Shown here: one piece after another, positions 53,780-64,000 of the stretch
How positions within the stretch are numbered: position 1 is the stretch's first letter
Layout of the letters: the number at the start of each line of letters is the position of its first letter
NCBI RefSeq assembly: GCF_006345805.1
Contig: NC_043002.1
Location: 60,388,001-60,452,000 of the forward strand
Reading direction: 5' to 3'
Source of the DNA: Octopus sinensis
Taxonomy: Eukaryota
Length of the DNA stretch: 64,000 bases
Position numbers and translations under genes: made by a program
Notes under the pieces: model-generated
What the model saw: only the letters and a program-made list of their open reading frames with translations
Told to the model about the DNA's origin: nothing
The model's database searches: none

Positions 53780-54390
53780 GCTGCGAAACTATTGTAAATT
53801 GTTTGTTTGTCTTATTTCGTTAGATTCTATGGACGAGTAACTTCTGTATTTGTTGTAGTGTTCATGTTAGGCATTAATGGAATTTTGATTTACTCCTCAG
53901 GTCTGCGAAACTGTGTTGTAAACTGTTTGTTTGTCATTTAGATGCTTATTTCTTTATTGCCCATAAGGGGCTAAACATAGAGGGGACAGACAAGGGCAGA
54001 CAAAGGGATTAAATCGATTAAATCGACCCCAGTGCGTACGTGGTACTTAATGTATCGACCCCAAAAGGATGAACGGAAAACTTGACCTCGGCAGAGTTTG
54101 AACTCAGAACGTAGCGACGGGCGAAATACCGCTAAGCCCTTCGCTCGGCGTGCTTACGACTCTGCCAGCTAACTGCCGTGTTCTTCCAAATCTATTTATT
54201 TAGATTCTATGGACGAGAAATGACTATGTTTATTGTAGTGTTCCTGTTAGACATTAACAGATTTTCGATTTGCCCTTGGGCGCTGCGAAACTGTGTTGTA
54301 AACTGTTTGTTTGTTTTATTTGTTTAGATTCTATGGACGAGTAATTTCTTTGTTTGTTGTAGTGCGCCTGTCAGACAATAATGGTATTTT
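53780..54390. repeat. ~122-bp minisatellite (about 3.5 units) interrupted by a SINE
   Basis: ctgcgaaact at 53781, 53903 and 54283; ttagattctatggacgag occurs three times. Confidence 0.85.
53948..54177 (-). mobile_element. SINE family A, full length
   Basis: Matches 9257-9487 end to end. Confidence 0.88.
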
Positions 54391-55299
54391 GTTGTATTAT
54401 TCTTTCTTTTGTGTAATGAATGTTTCTTTGGTTATTATATACTAGTTTACTGCATTTTATCTTTCGCATTGCTTTGTCTCATTTACGCGGGTCATGTTGC
54501 TTTGGCGATTCACCAGTTTATTTCGAACTGTTCAACGCAGTTGTTATTCAGTTTCCACTCATACTTCGGGATTTATTTTCTTAATTTCTTATAAATATAT
54601 TTATGTATATCAACACATCTACGTTATTGTCTTTGTGTTGTATTTAAATCTTTTACTTAAGAATTTCTTTGGCACTACCTTGCCCTTGTCACGCAGTTCA
54701 AACTGCTTTCACTGATATGCTATCGAATCTCTCAAGGCAACAGTTAGTTGTCATACATATCAATGAAATGCCGTGGTGCTTCTCTTTCTTACTATTTAGT
54801 AAATATTTTTGTGTATCTATCCCCTTCTTAGATATTGTCCTACAGTTTCAATCTATAGGACAGTGTGTCTATAAGATGGAAACATAATTTAGACACGAAG
54901 TCAAAATTTGATCTCTTACAATTTGCATTTACCAATACAATACAATTCGTAACATGTATACTTATTTCTAGCTGCAAACTTTTGAAGAGTATTGGAAGAG
55001 GGCAGGCTGGACTTCGATACCTGACTCGAATTGCTCTTGTGCAAGCCATCGACAACAGATGATATCTTGGAAAGTTATATTAAATCTGCATAGGAGGTGA
55101 CAGTAATACTCAACTTGTGGACCACGGCACTCTAAATTACAGAGATGAATAACGTGCGTCTAGTTAAACAAATTTAAAGTTCAGAGACGCCAGAATAAAA
55201 TATTCCCCATGGTCTCATTTTCAAAATGTTATCTTTTTGCTGTTATTCATTTGTTTCTTTATTCTCGTGATCCTCATCGTTTTCGTCGTTGTCATCATC

Positions 55300-55599
55300 A
55301 TCACCATCATCATTCTTCTTCTTCTTCGTTTCTTCTTTTTTGCTTCTATTTCTATCCCTTCTTCTTCTTCTTCTTCTTCTTCTTCTTCTTCTTCTTCTTC
55401 TTCTTCTCTTCCTCCTCCTCCTCCTTCTTCTTCTTCTTCTTCTTCTTTTGCTCCTCCTCCTCCTCCTCCTCCTTCTTCTGCTTCTTCTGCTTCTTCTTTT
55501 TCTTCTACTTCTTCTTCTTCTACTTCTACTTCTTTTTTTGTTCCTCATCCTCCTCCTCATCCTTCTTCTTCTTCTTCTTCTTCTTCTTCTTCTTCTTCT

Positions 55600-55631
<32 letters not shown>

Positions 55632-55655
55632 CTATCCTCCTACTTCTTCTTCTTC
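55300..55655. repeat. (TTC)/(CCT) microsatellite
   Basis: Seen directly. Confidence 0.95.
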
Positions 55656-55787
55656 CACCGGATCGAGGTAAAGAACGGGTACGGATGTTCTGTCAGACGT
55701 GATTGACCGAGGTGCGTGCAGAGTGACGAAATCTTTCTGCACGCCCTCATTCAGTATCGGGGATTTGCTGACTTGTGGGCTCATATC
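55656..55787 (+). mobile_element. Short Tx1 ORF2 fragment
   Basis: ccgaggtgcgtgcagagtgacgaaatctttctgcacgccctcattcag..gacttgtgggct is homologous to the reverse complement of ~57885-57970. Confidence 0.7.
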
Positions 55788-56184
55788 AAGATAAACAGCA
55801 CATGACCTTACAGGTAGGGCCCAGTTAGAACTTTTGTCAGGTCCAGTAGCCGATTCCGTGCAAACCGTCCCTGAATAAGAGTTTTTTGAGGATGTTGAAC
55901 GAAGCACCCATGTTTCCAAATGTGAATTATCCAAACCCCAGGGAATTCTTCTCCATACGTGACTATGATGCTCCCGCACTACCTCTGCTCGTGATCAGAG
56001 ATGCACATGTTGTCAGCCACTAAGGGACATGTTCAACTGGTTATGGTCAAAGAACTGACAAAGATATCTATGGCATTGAGCAGAATAGTTGCTGTAGCCC
56101 ATCATTTATACCAAGACAAAATAATGTACTTGATAAAACTTCCAGTCAGTTAAGATCAGAAGACATGAGACTCACTGCCTGGTA
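55780..56184 (+). mobile_element. Diverged copy of the (TTA)n-flanked repeat
   Basis: Aligns to ~10440-10845; followed by (TAT)n. Confidence 0.85.
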
Positions 56185-56701
56185 TTATTACTATTACTAT
56201 TATTGCTGTTGTTATTCATCATTTGGTAGTTTTAGGCAAATTTTGTACGGCTTCACCTATCACATATCTGTGTTGCTGGAGTGTGTGCCACATTTATGCT
56301 CTTTTATGTTGTTGAGATTGTACAAACTCCACCCAGTAAAAAAAGGCTTCAGTTTCTTGTTTTTGTTTGTTTTTTAGATTGGGTGCAGTCGTTGGTTGTA
56401 TTAGTGTTTGTATTGTGTGTTGTGTGCGTAATGCGTTGGGTACCAAGTCTGCTAGTGTTAGTTTATTCCATTGGATACTTGCTGTATAAAGTATGCCTTG
56501 TGTTTGCGGATTTTCTTTTGGCTTTAATATAGAATTGACAATGTTTTATGTAGGACGTGGGTTGCCGCAAGCAGCGCTATTATTTGATAGCGTGTGGTGT
56601 TGTTGCTGTTAATATTATTTCTATCATCATTATACTTGTTATTCTGATCATCATCTTCATCATCATAATCATAGACATACAGATAAACAGTATAAAGATA
56701 G

Positions 56702-56744
<43 letters not shown>

Positions 56745-56771
56745 TTAGATGATAGATAGATAGATAGATAG

Positions 56772-56820
<49 letters not shown>

Positions 56821-56824
56821 GATT

Positions 56825-57179
56825 TAGTTAGTTAGTTAGTTAGTTAATTTGGCTCAAAAGCAAATAGCAAGGCCATGTAGGGGGACATGGAGTTATTTAA
56901 GTACAGGGTGGTGTTCATGTAAGGAGTTCAGGCCACTTGAGTCCAGGGAGGCTTTGAACAAAGCGGTCGTCGGCATCTTCACCATCTCGTCTGGCAGCTT
57001 GTTCCACGGATCCGCAACCCGGACGGAGAAAGCTCCTCTCCTTCGATTGAGATGAAATCGTCGCAGGTAGAGCTTTTCGGAATGACCCCGCAGCCGACGC
57101 TCCGGAGCAGGAGTGAAGAACAGCTCTTTCGAGAGGTTACACTTCCCGCTTATGATGTGGGCGAGAATGAGATCACCAT
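56825..57179 (-). mobile_element. CR1-clade LINE 3' fragment with (AACT)n tail
   Basis: GDLILA...LRGHSEKL...RRGAFSVRVADPWNKLP...FKASLD, a typical CR1 ORF2 end. Confidence 0.85.
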
Positions 57180-59186
57180 GTTTCTTTATTAGCCACACAG
57201 GGCTGCACACAGATAGAACAAATTACAAGGTAGAGCTTTTCTTTTGAAGGTTTAAAAAAAAAAAGGAAGGGGGGTTTCGTCAAAAGGGATCGTAAATCGT
57301 AAAAGGAGAGAAAGAGGACAAAAAAGGGGGGGTTAAAAAAAGGGGGAGAGGAAAAAAAAAAATGATCAATAGGGATCGTTATACACAGAAATGTCACATA
57401 TGAAGTGAAAGGGGAGGACAGGTGAGGTTTACCCGTGGAAGAAAAGCCTACGGAAAAGACCACGGTAACCTCGTCAATGGAGTCACATGTTATATTTCTT
57501 TTTTTTTTTTTGCGAATAAGCAACTCTCTGTTTTCAATTTCTGGGTTCATAGGATCATGTTCAAGGTGGCTTCGTCATTCATACGTGCCATTCTTGCTAC
57601 ATTCACCCATCTTTTTTTAAAACATTCGCTAGACAAAACTTGCCTCTCTACTCTCACTTTCCTTTTCAAGTGGTACTTGAAGAAGTGATGAGAGATTGAC
57701 CAGAGAGGAAAGTGTTTGTCTCCAATCCTTTCAGACGCGTCCACCAGATACATTTTCGCCATAGCCACAAGGATGATGAAAAATAGCTCTTCCTTCCCGT
57801 TTGAAGGAAGGAGGCGTGACAATATTGACGATAGACTCAGCTGATAAACCGACTCGTCCCACACGTGACAGCAGTTGTCGACATAAGCCCACAGGTCGGA
57901 AATTGTGGACACTGAACGAGTGCGTGCAGAACGGTTTCGTCGCTCTGACGCATCTCGGGCAGGTCGGCCCCGTGTTTCTCGAGCCGTGTCTGTAGAGCTT
58001 ATCCCGAATGGGTAGCGCTTCTCGGTAGCACTGCCAGGCCAGGGATCACTGGAAGTTGTCCATGGCCCTGGCCCGAAAGTCGTCCTGAACAGGCGGGTCA
58101 GGTACTCCTCGTCGACGTCCAGGTTCGCCGCGAGCTCGTCGTCGTACCTCCCCTCCACTAAACCCCTATAGAATGCTTTGGTGTGTTGAAGTCACTCAGG
58201 TCGACCCAGAACGGCAGAGTTGCTTGAGAGCAACGCGACACTCGCGGTGCCATTCGCCCTTCCTCGGCCTCCTTTTGATCCACGACTGCAGTTCGGTCAT
58301 GGAGACGAGCTGCGGGAAAGCGTGCCTCACAAACGGCGACCACACCTGTTCACCGTCGTCTACATAGAGCCAGAGATGTCGCAGTCTCAGCGCGTGTCTG
58401 CGCATCATCAACCACGGCATGCCCAGCCCCCTTTTTAACGGGTGTTGACAGCAAATGGATCGCCTGACCATCTGGACGCATCCTTTCCACAAGAAGCGAA
58501 AGAGAATGCGTTGTAGTTTGGTGATGGTAGGGTCGGGACAAGGTACGACGGTCAGGCGTAGTAGTAGATGACGGACGCGATGTACGTGTTCGCCACCTCC
58601 GCCCGACCTTTTAGGACAGTTTCCTCTCGGCCCATTGCCGGGCGAGAGTGACCACCTTACTCGTTATCTCGTTCCAGTCTTCTCCACTTGGAGGTCCGGA
58701 CCAAACCAGACCCCGAGCAACTCAACCGGGCCGTCGGTCCAGCGTCCCACGACGGAGGCGCTGGTGGACGGCATGGGCTTGCTTCTCCAGTGCCTAGTCG
58801 CAAGCCCACTGACTTTTCCCGGTTGATTTTCGCTCCTGTCACCGCTTCGTAGTTTTTCAGTGTCTCGCCGACCTGCTCGATGTGCTCGTGGCTAGACACT
58901 ATGACGGTGACGTCGTCCGCGTATGCAGACACGCTCGTCCCGCATCCCAGTTCTCGCGGGATGCCTCTCAAGGTTGCCAGCTTCCGCAATAATGGCTCGA
59001 GAGTCAATACGTATAGAAGCGACGAGAGGGGGCATCCCTGACGGACCGAACGTGCGATGTCGAAGGGTCTCGATAGATGTCCATTCACGCGAATTACCGA
59101 ACGGATGCCTCTGTACAAAGCGGCTATCCAGCCGCGGAAGACGGGACCGAAGCCAGCCGCTCCGAGGACCGCCTCCAAGTATCGAT
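57180..59186 (-). mobile_element. Tx1-clade (L1 group) LINE, 5'-truncated, frameshifted ORF2 and 3' UTR
   Basis: RSVRQGCPLSSLLYVLTLEPLL, SAYADDV, TGAKINREKS, LPIRDKLYRHG..TCPRC..ETVLHALVQC; 3' end ...ggctaataaagaaac. Confidence 0.9.
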
Positions 59187-59189
59187 AGG

Positions 59190-59309
<120 letters not shown>

Positions 59310-59675
59310 GAAGATATACAGTCATATACACACACAAATATCTGTATTCCATATTAGTCTGTCAATTGAAACTTATACAGACCAGAGATTCTTTGAATCT
59401 CACGGAAATACAAATATTGACAAAGGACTAAATAATAAAACATTCAAAACAAAAGACTATCAAATAATTGTCTCTGCATGTGGCAAGCAATTATCGTTAG
59501 TGAAACTGTTTTATGTGTTGTAATGATATACACTATAACCGTGTACCAGTTGCAAATATCATTAGTGTGTAAACTGTGCACCTGAGAAAGAAAGTTCGGT
59601 AGATTATCTGACCAATCATTTAGACTAGAGAAACTGTCGAGGCAAATTTCTCCACAGAATCCACCTCTCTCTCGC

Positions 59676-59757
<82 letters not shown>

Positions 59758-59760
<3 letters not shown>

Positions 59761-59836
59761 TTTAAACCTTCAAAAGAAAAGCTCTACCTTGAATTTGTTC
59801 TATCTGTGTGCAGCCCTGTGTGGCTAGTAAAGAAAC
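59758..59836 (+). mobile_element. 79-bp 3'-terminal fragment of the same Tx1 family
   Basis: Near-identical to reverse complement of 57180-57262; flanked by (CTAT)n on both sides. Confidence 0.9.
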
Positions 59837-59846
59837 ATATCTATCT

Positions 59847-59917
<71 letters not shown>

Positions 59918-59938
59918 GATAGATAGATAGATAGATAG

Positions 59939-59994
<56 letters not shown>

Positions 59995-60102
59995 GCGAGA
60001 GAGAGATGGATTCTATGGAGAAATTTGCCTCGACAGTTTCTCTAGTCTAAATGATTGGTCAGATAATCTATCGCACTTTCTTTCTCAGGTACTATATATA
60101 TA

Positions 60103-60169
<67 letters not shown>

Positions 60170-60929
60170 ATATATATATACATACATACATACATATTAT
60201 TAATAAATCTGTAAAAGCACCACTGAAATTTCGCAAAAAACTGCTAGTCAGAATTTCATGTTCCTCTTCATTAGACAGTTTTGATTGTCTGACAGTTTAA
60301 ACTGGCCGACGACCGAGAACGTGCAACTCTGAATAGCAGTCTTCTATGATGTTTTTGCAGTTTTAATAATAATAACGTATGTTATTCTAACTACGGTATT
60401 TGAGTAGTATTACCCCACCTTTTTCACATTTATATCCTGACTTCCGTATATACATATATATATTAGATGAAGTACCCCCTAACTCCCGAAAAAGCGGGGC
60501 TAATGTCTTGGTTCCTTTCTCATAATTCTTTCGCTAATTCAATATCAACAAAACAAATTTTGTATACCTTAAAACGGTTTTTGTGCATTTACATACAATG
60601 CCGAATTGTCTCACATAGGATTTTGTCTTTCGGAGTTCCCAATTAGTTATGAAAACCCAGATCGAGAAATCAGTTACGTAATAACATGAAATTAGTTACC
60701 CGATATTAAGAATCCAAATAAAGTATCCACGGAAAAGGCTCTAATGCGATCCCAGAGTATATAGAACCGAAGGGGAAATACCAATAATGTATATAATTAG
60801 GAAAATCGTAATACATGTTACGCAATAATAGGCTCGTAGGATATAAGATAATGACAATTCAAAGTAAATAACTTTGAAAAAGGATTTTGTGTGTTCTCAG
60901 AGAATATAACCCTTAGGAGCGCTAGTGTT

Positions 60930-62515
60930 GAAATAGATTGACTATGAATGTAGAAACAGAATGACATTTAGTTTTACAGTAGACATACAAATAAAATAGC
61001 ATATAGATTTTAAAATAAAATAAAATGTAGATTATCAATACATTTACAACACTTACAAATATTACAGTCATGTAATAAATACCTGATGATTTGGTGAAAT
61101 TTGCAGAACTTCTTGATAAACGACATTTTTGTTCTTTCCTTGTGGCGCATAAAGAAACAAATGATTGAGGCTGCTGACTCTTGAGCATCCCTCATAAAGT
61201 TGGCTATGGGAAAAAACTGGTTCCACAAGGTTCAGACCTACCACATCCAAGGGCCTTGTTAATGCTCATTGCAAACCTTACTTCCAACGGGAATTGCAGG
61301 CGCTTGTACTGGAAAGACATATTCTTGGGAAGAAGTAGAATTCTAGGAAAGAATACAGGCTCACCGCTTGCTTTACCAGTTAAAATTGCTGCCTTCAAGA
61401 CTGTTGGCATCATCTTCTTTATTATAAGTCGTGTGCTATTGCAAAGCTTTGGTGGATTGAGGTTTCGAAGCAGCATGACTCATACCTCAATCTTGAGGTG
61501 CAAGGTGTGAGTGGATGGCTTCAAAGGAACTTTCTGGCTCATTGTTGCCTCATCCCAGATTATCAACCTGCATTCATCCGGAAGTTTGCCTTTTATAGAA
61601 TCCTGACTAATGTTGCAGTTTGCCTTTTTTTCTTGTACAGGTCCAAAGGGTATTTGAAACAGGAACGAGCTGTGCAGTCCCCATTTTGCAGAGTTGCAGC
61701 TATTCCACTTGTCGCCACAGCTATGGCAATGTATTTCATTTGGCGCTGTTTAACTAGAAGAAGGTCGATGACAAATCTGCTAGTTTCACCTGGAGTATCC
61801 AGAAAGAAAAGTCCACATCTTTCACTTTCAATGCTCGAAACAATAGTCTTGTTAACACCCAGATGGTCTTCAATCAATTTTTGTTCCTATCAGCTATATA
61901 CGACGTCATTTCGTCGATGACATAGGTGTTTCTCGCTGGTACTCAACTACGAGATTGTTTGTTACCTGCTCCGGTTGAGGCAGACCAAATGTCGCCATGC
62001 CTTGACCTCCCATAGCTTGCACTATGTCCAACTCAAGTAATACTTCATTGTAAATGACGTTATTGAACGTGGCAAGATGTATAGATAGATTCACAACTGT
62101 TGTATGTCACTCGTGGATTTCGAAGCCCAGGATGCCCCACATTACCTCCTTAGAGGTAACACAGTTGCCCAACTTATATTGCTGAATTTCATCTGCCTGC
62201 CTGGCCGCTTGCGCAAGTCCAAAAACCGCTATATCTGAGCTCATATTTATGTATTTAAATACATATTTAATACTTTTTATAGAGCTGCATGACTCAACAT
62301 TAACATCAGCGTGCAATGTTTAGATAACAATGGGTTGTACAGCACAATCCACCTGTTGTCCCTAACCATCCCTTGACCATTAACTTTGAGCTTGGTAGTG
62401 TTCAGGGGGATCAAATTAGAATGGATGGATTTTTTCCCTTGGCTAGGAATATGAATGGGTTATTTCGCTTGGCAGTTAAAGGAAAATATATGAATGCGGA
62501 CCCCTTCTAGGGATC
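60930..62515 (-). mobile_element. Helitron remnant (Rep and PIF1 helicase fragments)
   Basis: DVNVESCSSIKSIKYVFKYIN..DEIQQY; GLFFLDTPGET..AVATSGIAATL; LRNLNPPKLCNSTRL..RLQFPLEVRFAMSINKA; FSHSQLYEGCSRV. Confidence 0.9.
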
Positions 62516-62684
62516 CTAGATACCCAATTATAACTTTTTTTAAAACTTCAATGCACATAGTAACAGACTGGATGTTACTTTAACATTTTGCAAAGTATCA
62601 CGGAAATTCCTTAACGGGTGCAGAAGGCAACTTGACACAATTAGACATCCCGGCATCCAAATAGACAACTTACGGTTACATATG

Positions 62685-62724
<40 letters not shown>

Positions 62725-63029
62725 AAAGTAAAAAAATATACAAACTGGGACAAGAACGTGAAACATTTAGAAGACGACACAAAAAACACGGACGGGATTT
62801 TCGAAGCCCTCAGTCATCAGTCAAGAACCGGATCATCTTCGCAATTTCGGCTGATTAATCTTGAGATTGCTCCGATCTGGGCAGCCCCCAAGGGAAATCT
62901 AAGCCAAGCGCATTAGATTCCTTGGAAGAAAGCCTCGAAAGTATACAACACAGGGACGGAAAACGGACGATGTTACACGAATAAAAATACAAAAACGTAA
63001 AAAAACAATAATGATGCACGAATAAGAAT

Positions 63030-63061
<32 letters not shown>

Positions 63062-63074
63062 TATAATATATATA

Positions 63075-63136
<62 letters not shown>

Positions 63137-63159
63137 GTATATATATGTATGTGTGTGTA

Positions 63160-63380
63160 TTTCTTGTCTGTCTCCCCACCACCACCACCACCATCATCGC
63201 TTGATAACCGATGTTGGTGTGTTTACGTAAACGTACCTTAGCGGTTCGGCAAAAAGAGACTGATAGAATAAGTACTAAGCTTACAAATAATAACACCCGA
63301 AGTAGAATTGTTCGACTAAACGTGGTGCTCCAACATGGCCACATTCAAATCACTGAAACAGTTGAAAGAATAAAAGAATC
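63160..63380 (+). mobile_element. SINE family B 3' half
   Basis: catcgcttgataaccgatgttggtgtgtttacgt..gcggttcggcaaaaagagactgatagaataagtact..ctgaaacag. Confidence 0.85.
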
Positions 63381-64000
63381 ACAGAATCAAAGAATAGAAG
63401 AATAAAAATAAAGTAGAAAATAAACACCTATGGGGTTTTCTTATTGGTTTGTGTATGTATATGTATACATATGCTGAATAAAATACACATGAGTCACAAC
63501 GTATTCTATGTACATGTCCAAAAGTACAAATCTAGAATGTGCATTAAAATATTCATTTACATATCCGAATGAATAACGGTTTATTAGGAAGTTTTACTAG
63601 ATAAGCATTATAACGATTAATTTTCAAACTTTCATCTATCCTTGATTCTGTTTTTTTTTTTCACATATTGCTAATCCTCTATATCTTTCCACGGCTATAT
63701 TTATTACCAAACCAATAAGAAAAATCTGTAGGTTTTCATTTTTATTTTATTTTATGTTTTAACATTTATTTTTTAAATTTTATCTTTTTAGTTTGATTTT
63801 ATTTTTTATTATGAAAATGTTTAAGCATATTTTAAATTTGTTTTCTAATATATGGTATATTCATGAATATATATAACCTATCAGTTACTATATATAGCTT
63901 TTAACTTCTTTAACTCACTAATACTCAGTATGCATCCTGCAAAGCCAAAATGATAATCTAAGTTCCATAACCTCATAATTAAGCCTCAAGAAATCCTGCC

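Noticed and set aside
53780-54390. CRISPR-like array
   Set aside because: Whole units repeat with no unique spacers; eukaryotic minisatellite.
55021-55065. Candidate 45-nt minus-strand exon (ttccaag|...cag|gtatcg)
   Set aside because: Splice-like ends only; no recognisable peptide and no partner exons.
55209-55706. Poly-Phe/Ser/Leu/Arg ORFs
   Set aside because: (TTC)n microsatellite.
60905-60930. CTAG as the Helitron 3' terminus
   Set aside because: No upstream hairpin and not followed by T.

Overview
AT-rich, microsatellite-saturated metazoan DNA. The SINE and LINE families resemble those of octopus/coleoid cephalopods (inference from recognition, not from a search). No host protein-coding gene, true tRNA/rRNA gene or CRISPR array is supported, and almost all long ORFs in the track are microsatellite read-throughs. 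The window is a mosaic of transposon remnants: R4/Dong-like, CR1, RTE and Tx1 LINEs, Penelope-like elements (PLEs) including a GIY-YIG ORF at 12644-13606, several mariners, a Helitron, and four tRNA-derived SINE families. There is a 100-N gap and two probable assembly duplications. The most striking signal is a set of minimal type I hammerhead ribozyme (HHR) motifs from several apparently distinct families. (i) A tRNA-headed SINE carries an HHR in its tail in four copies; the cleanest is at 49320-49365. (ii) An HHR with the compensatory U3-A8 core sits at the tip of a ~50-bp rod at 29399-29532. (iii) An HHR lies inside a 197-bp palindrome at 33841-34037. (iv) An HHR-like motif lies at the end of the Penelope element at 16483-16510. 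(v) Degenerate motifs occur at 28.6/29.0, 47.4 and 62.8 kb. A Tx1 LINE family also appears to insert strand-specifically into (GATA)n.
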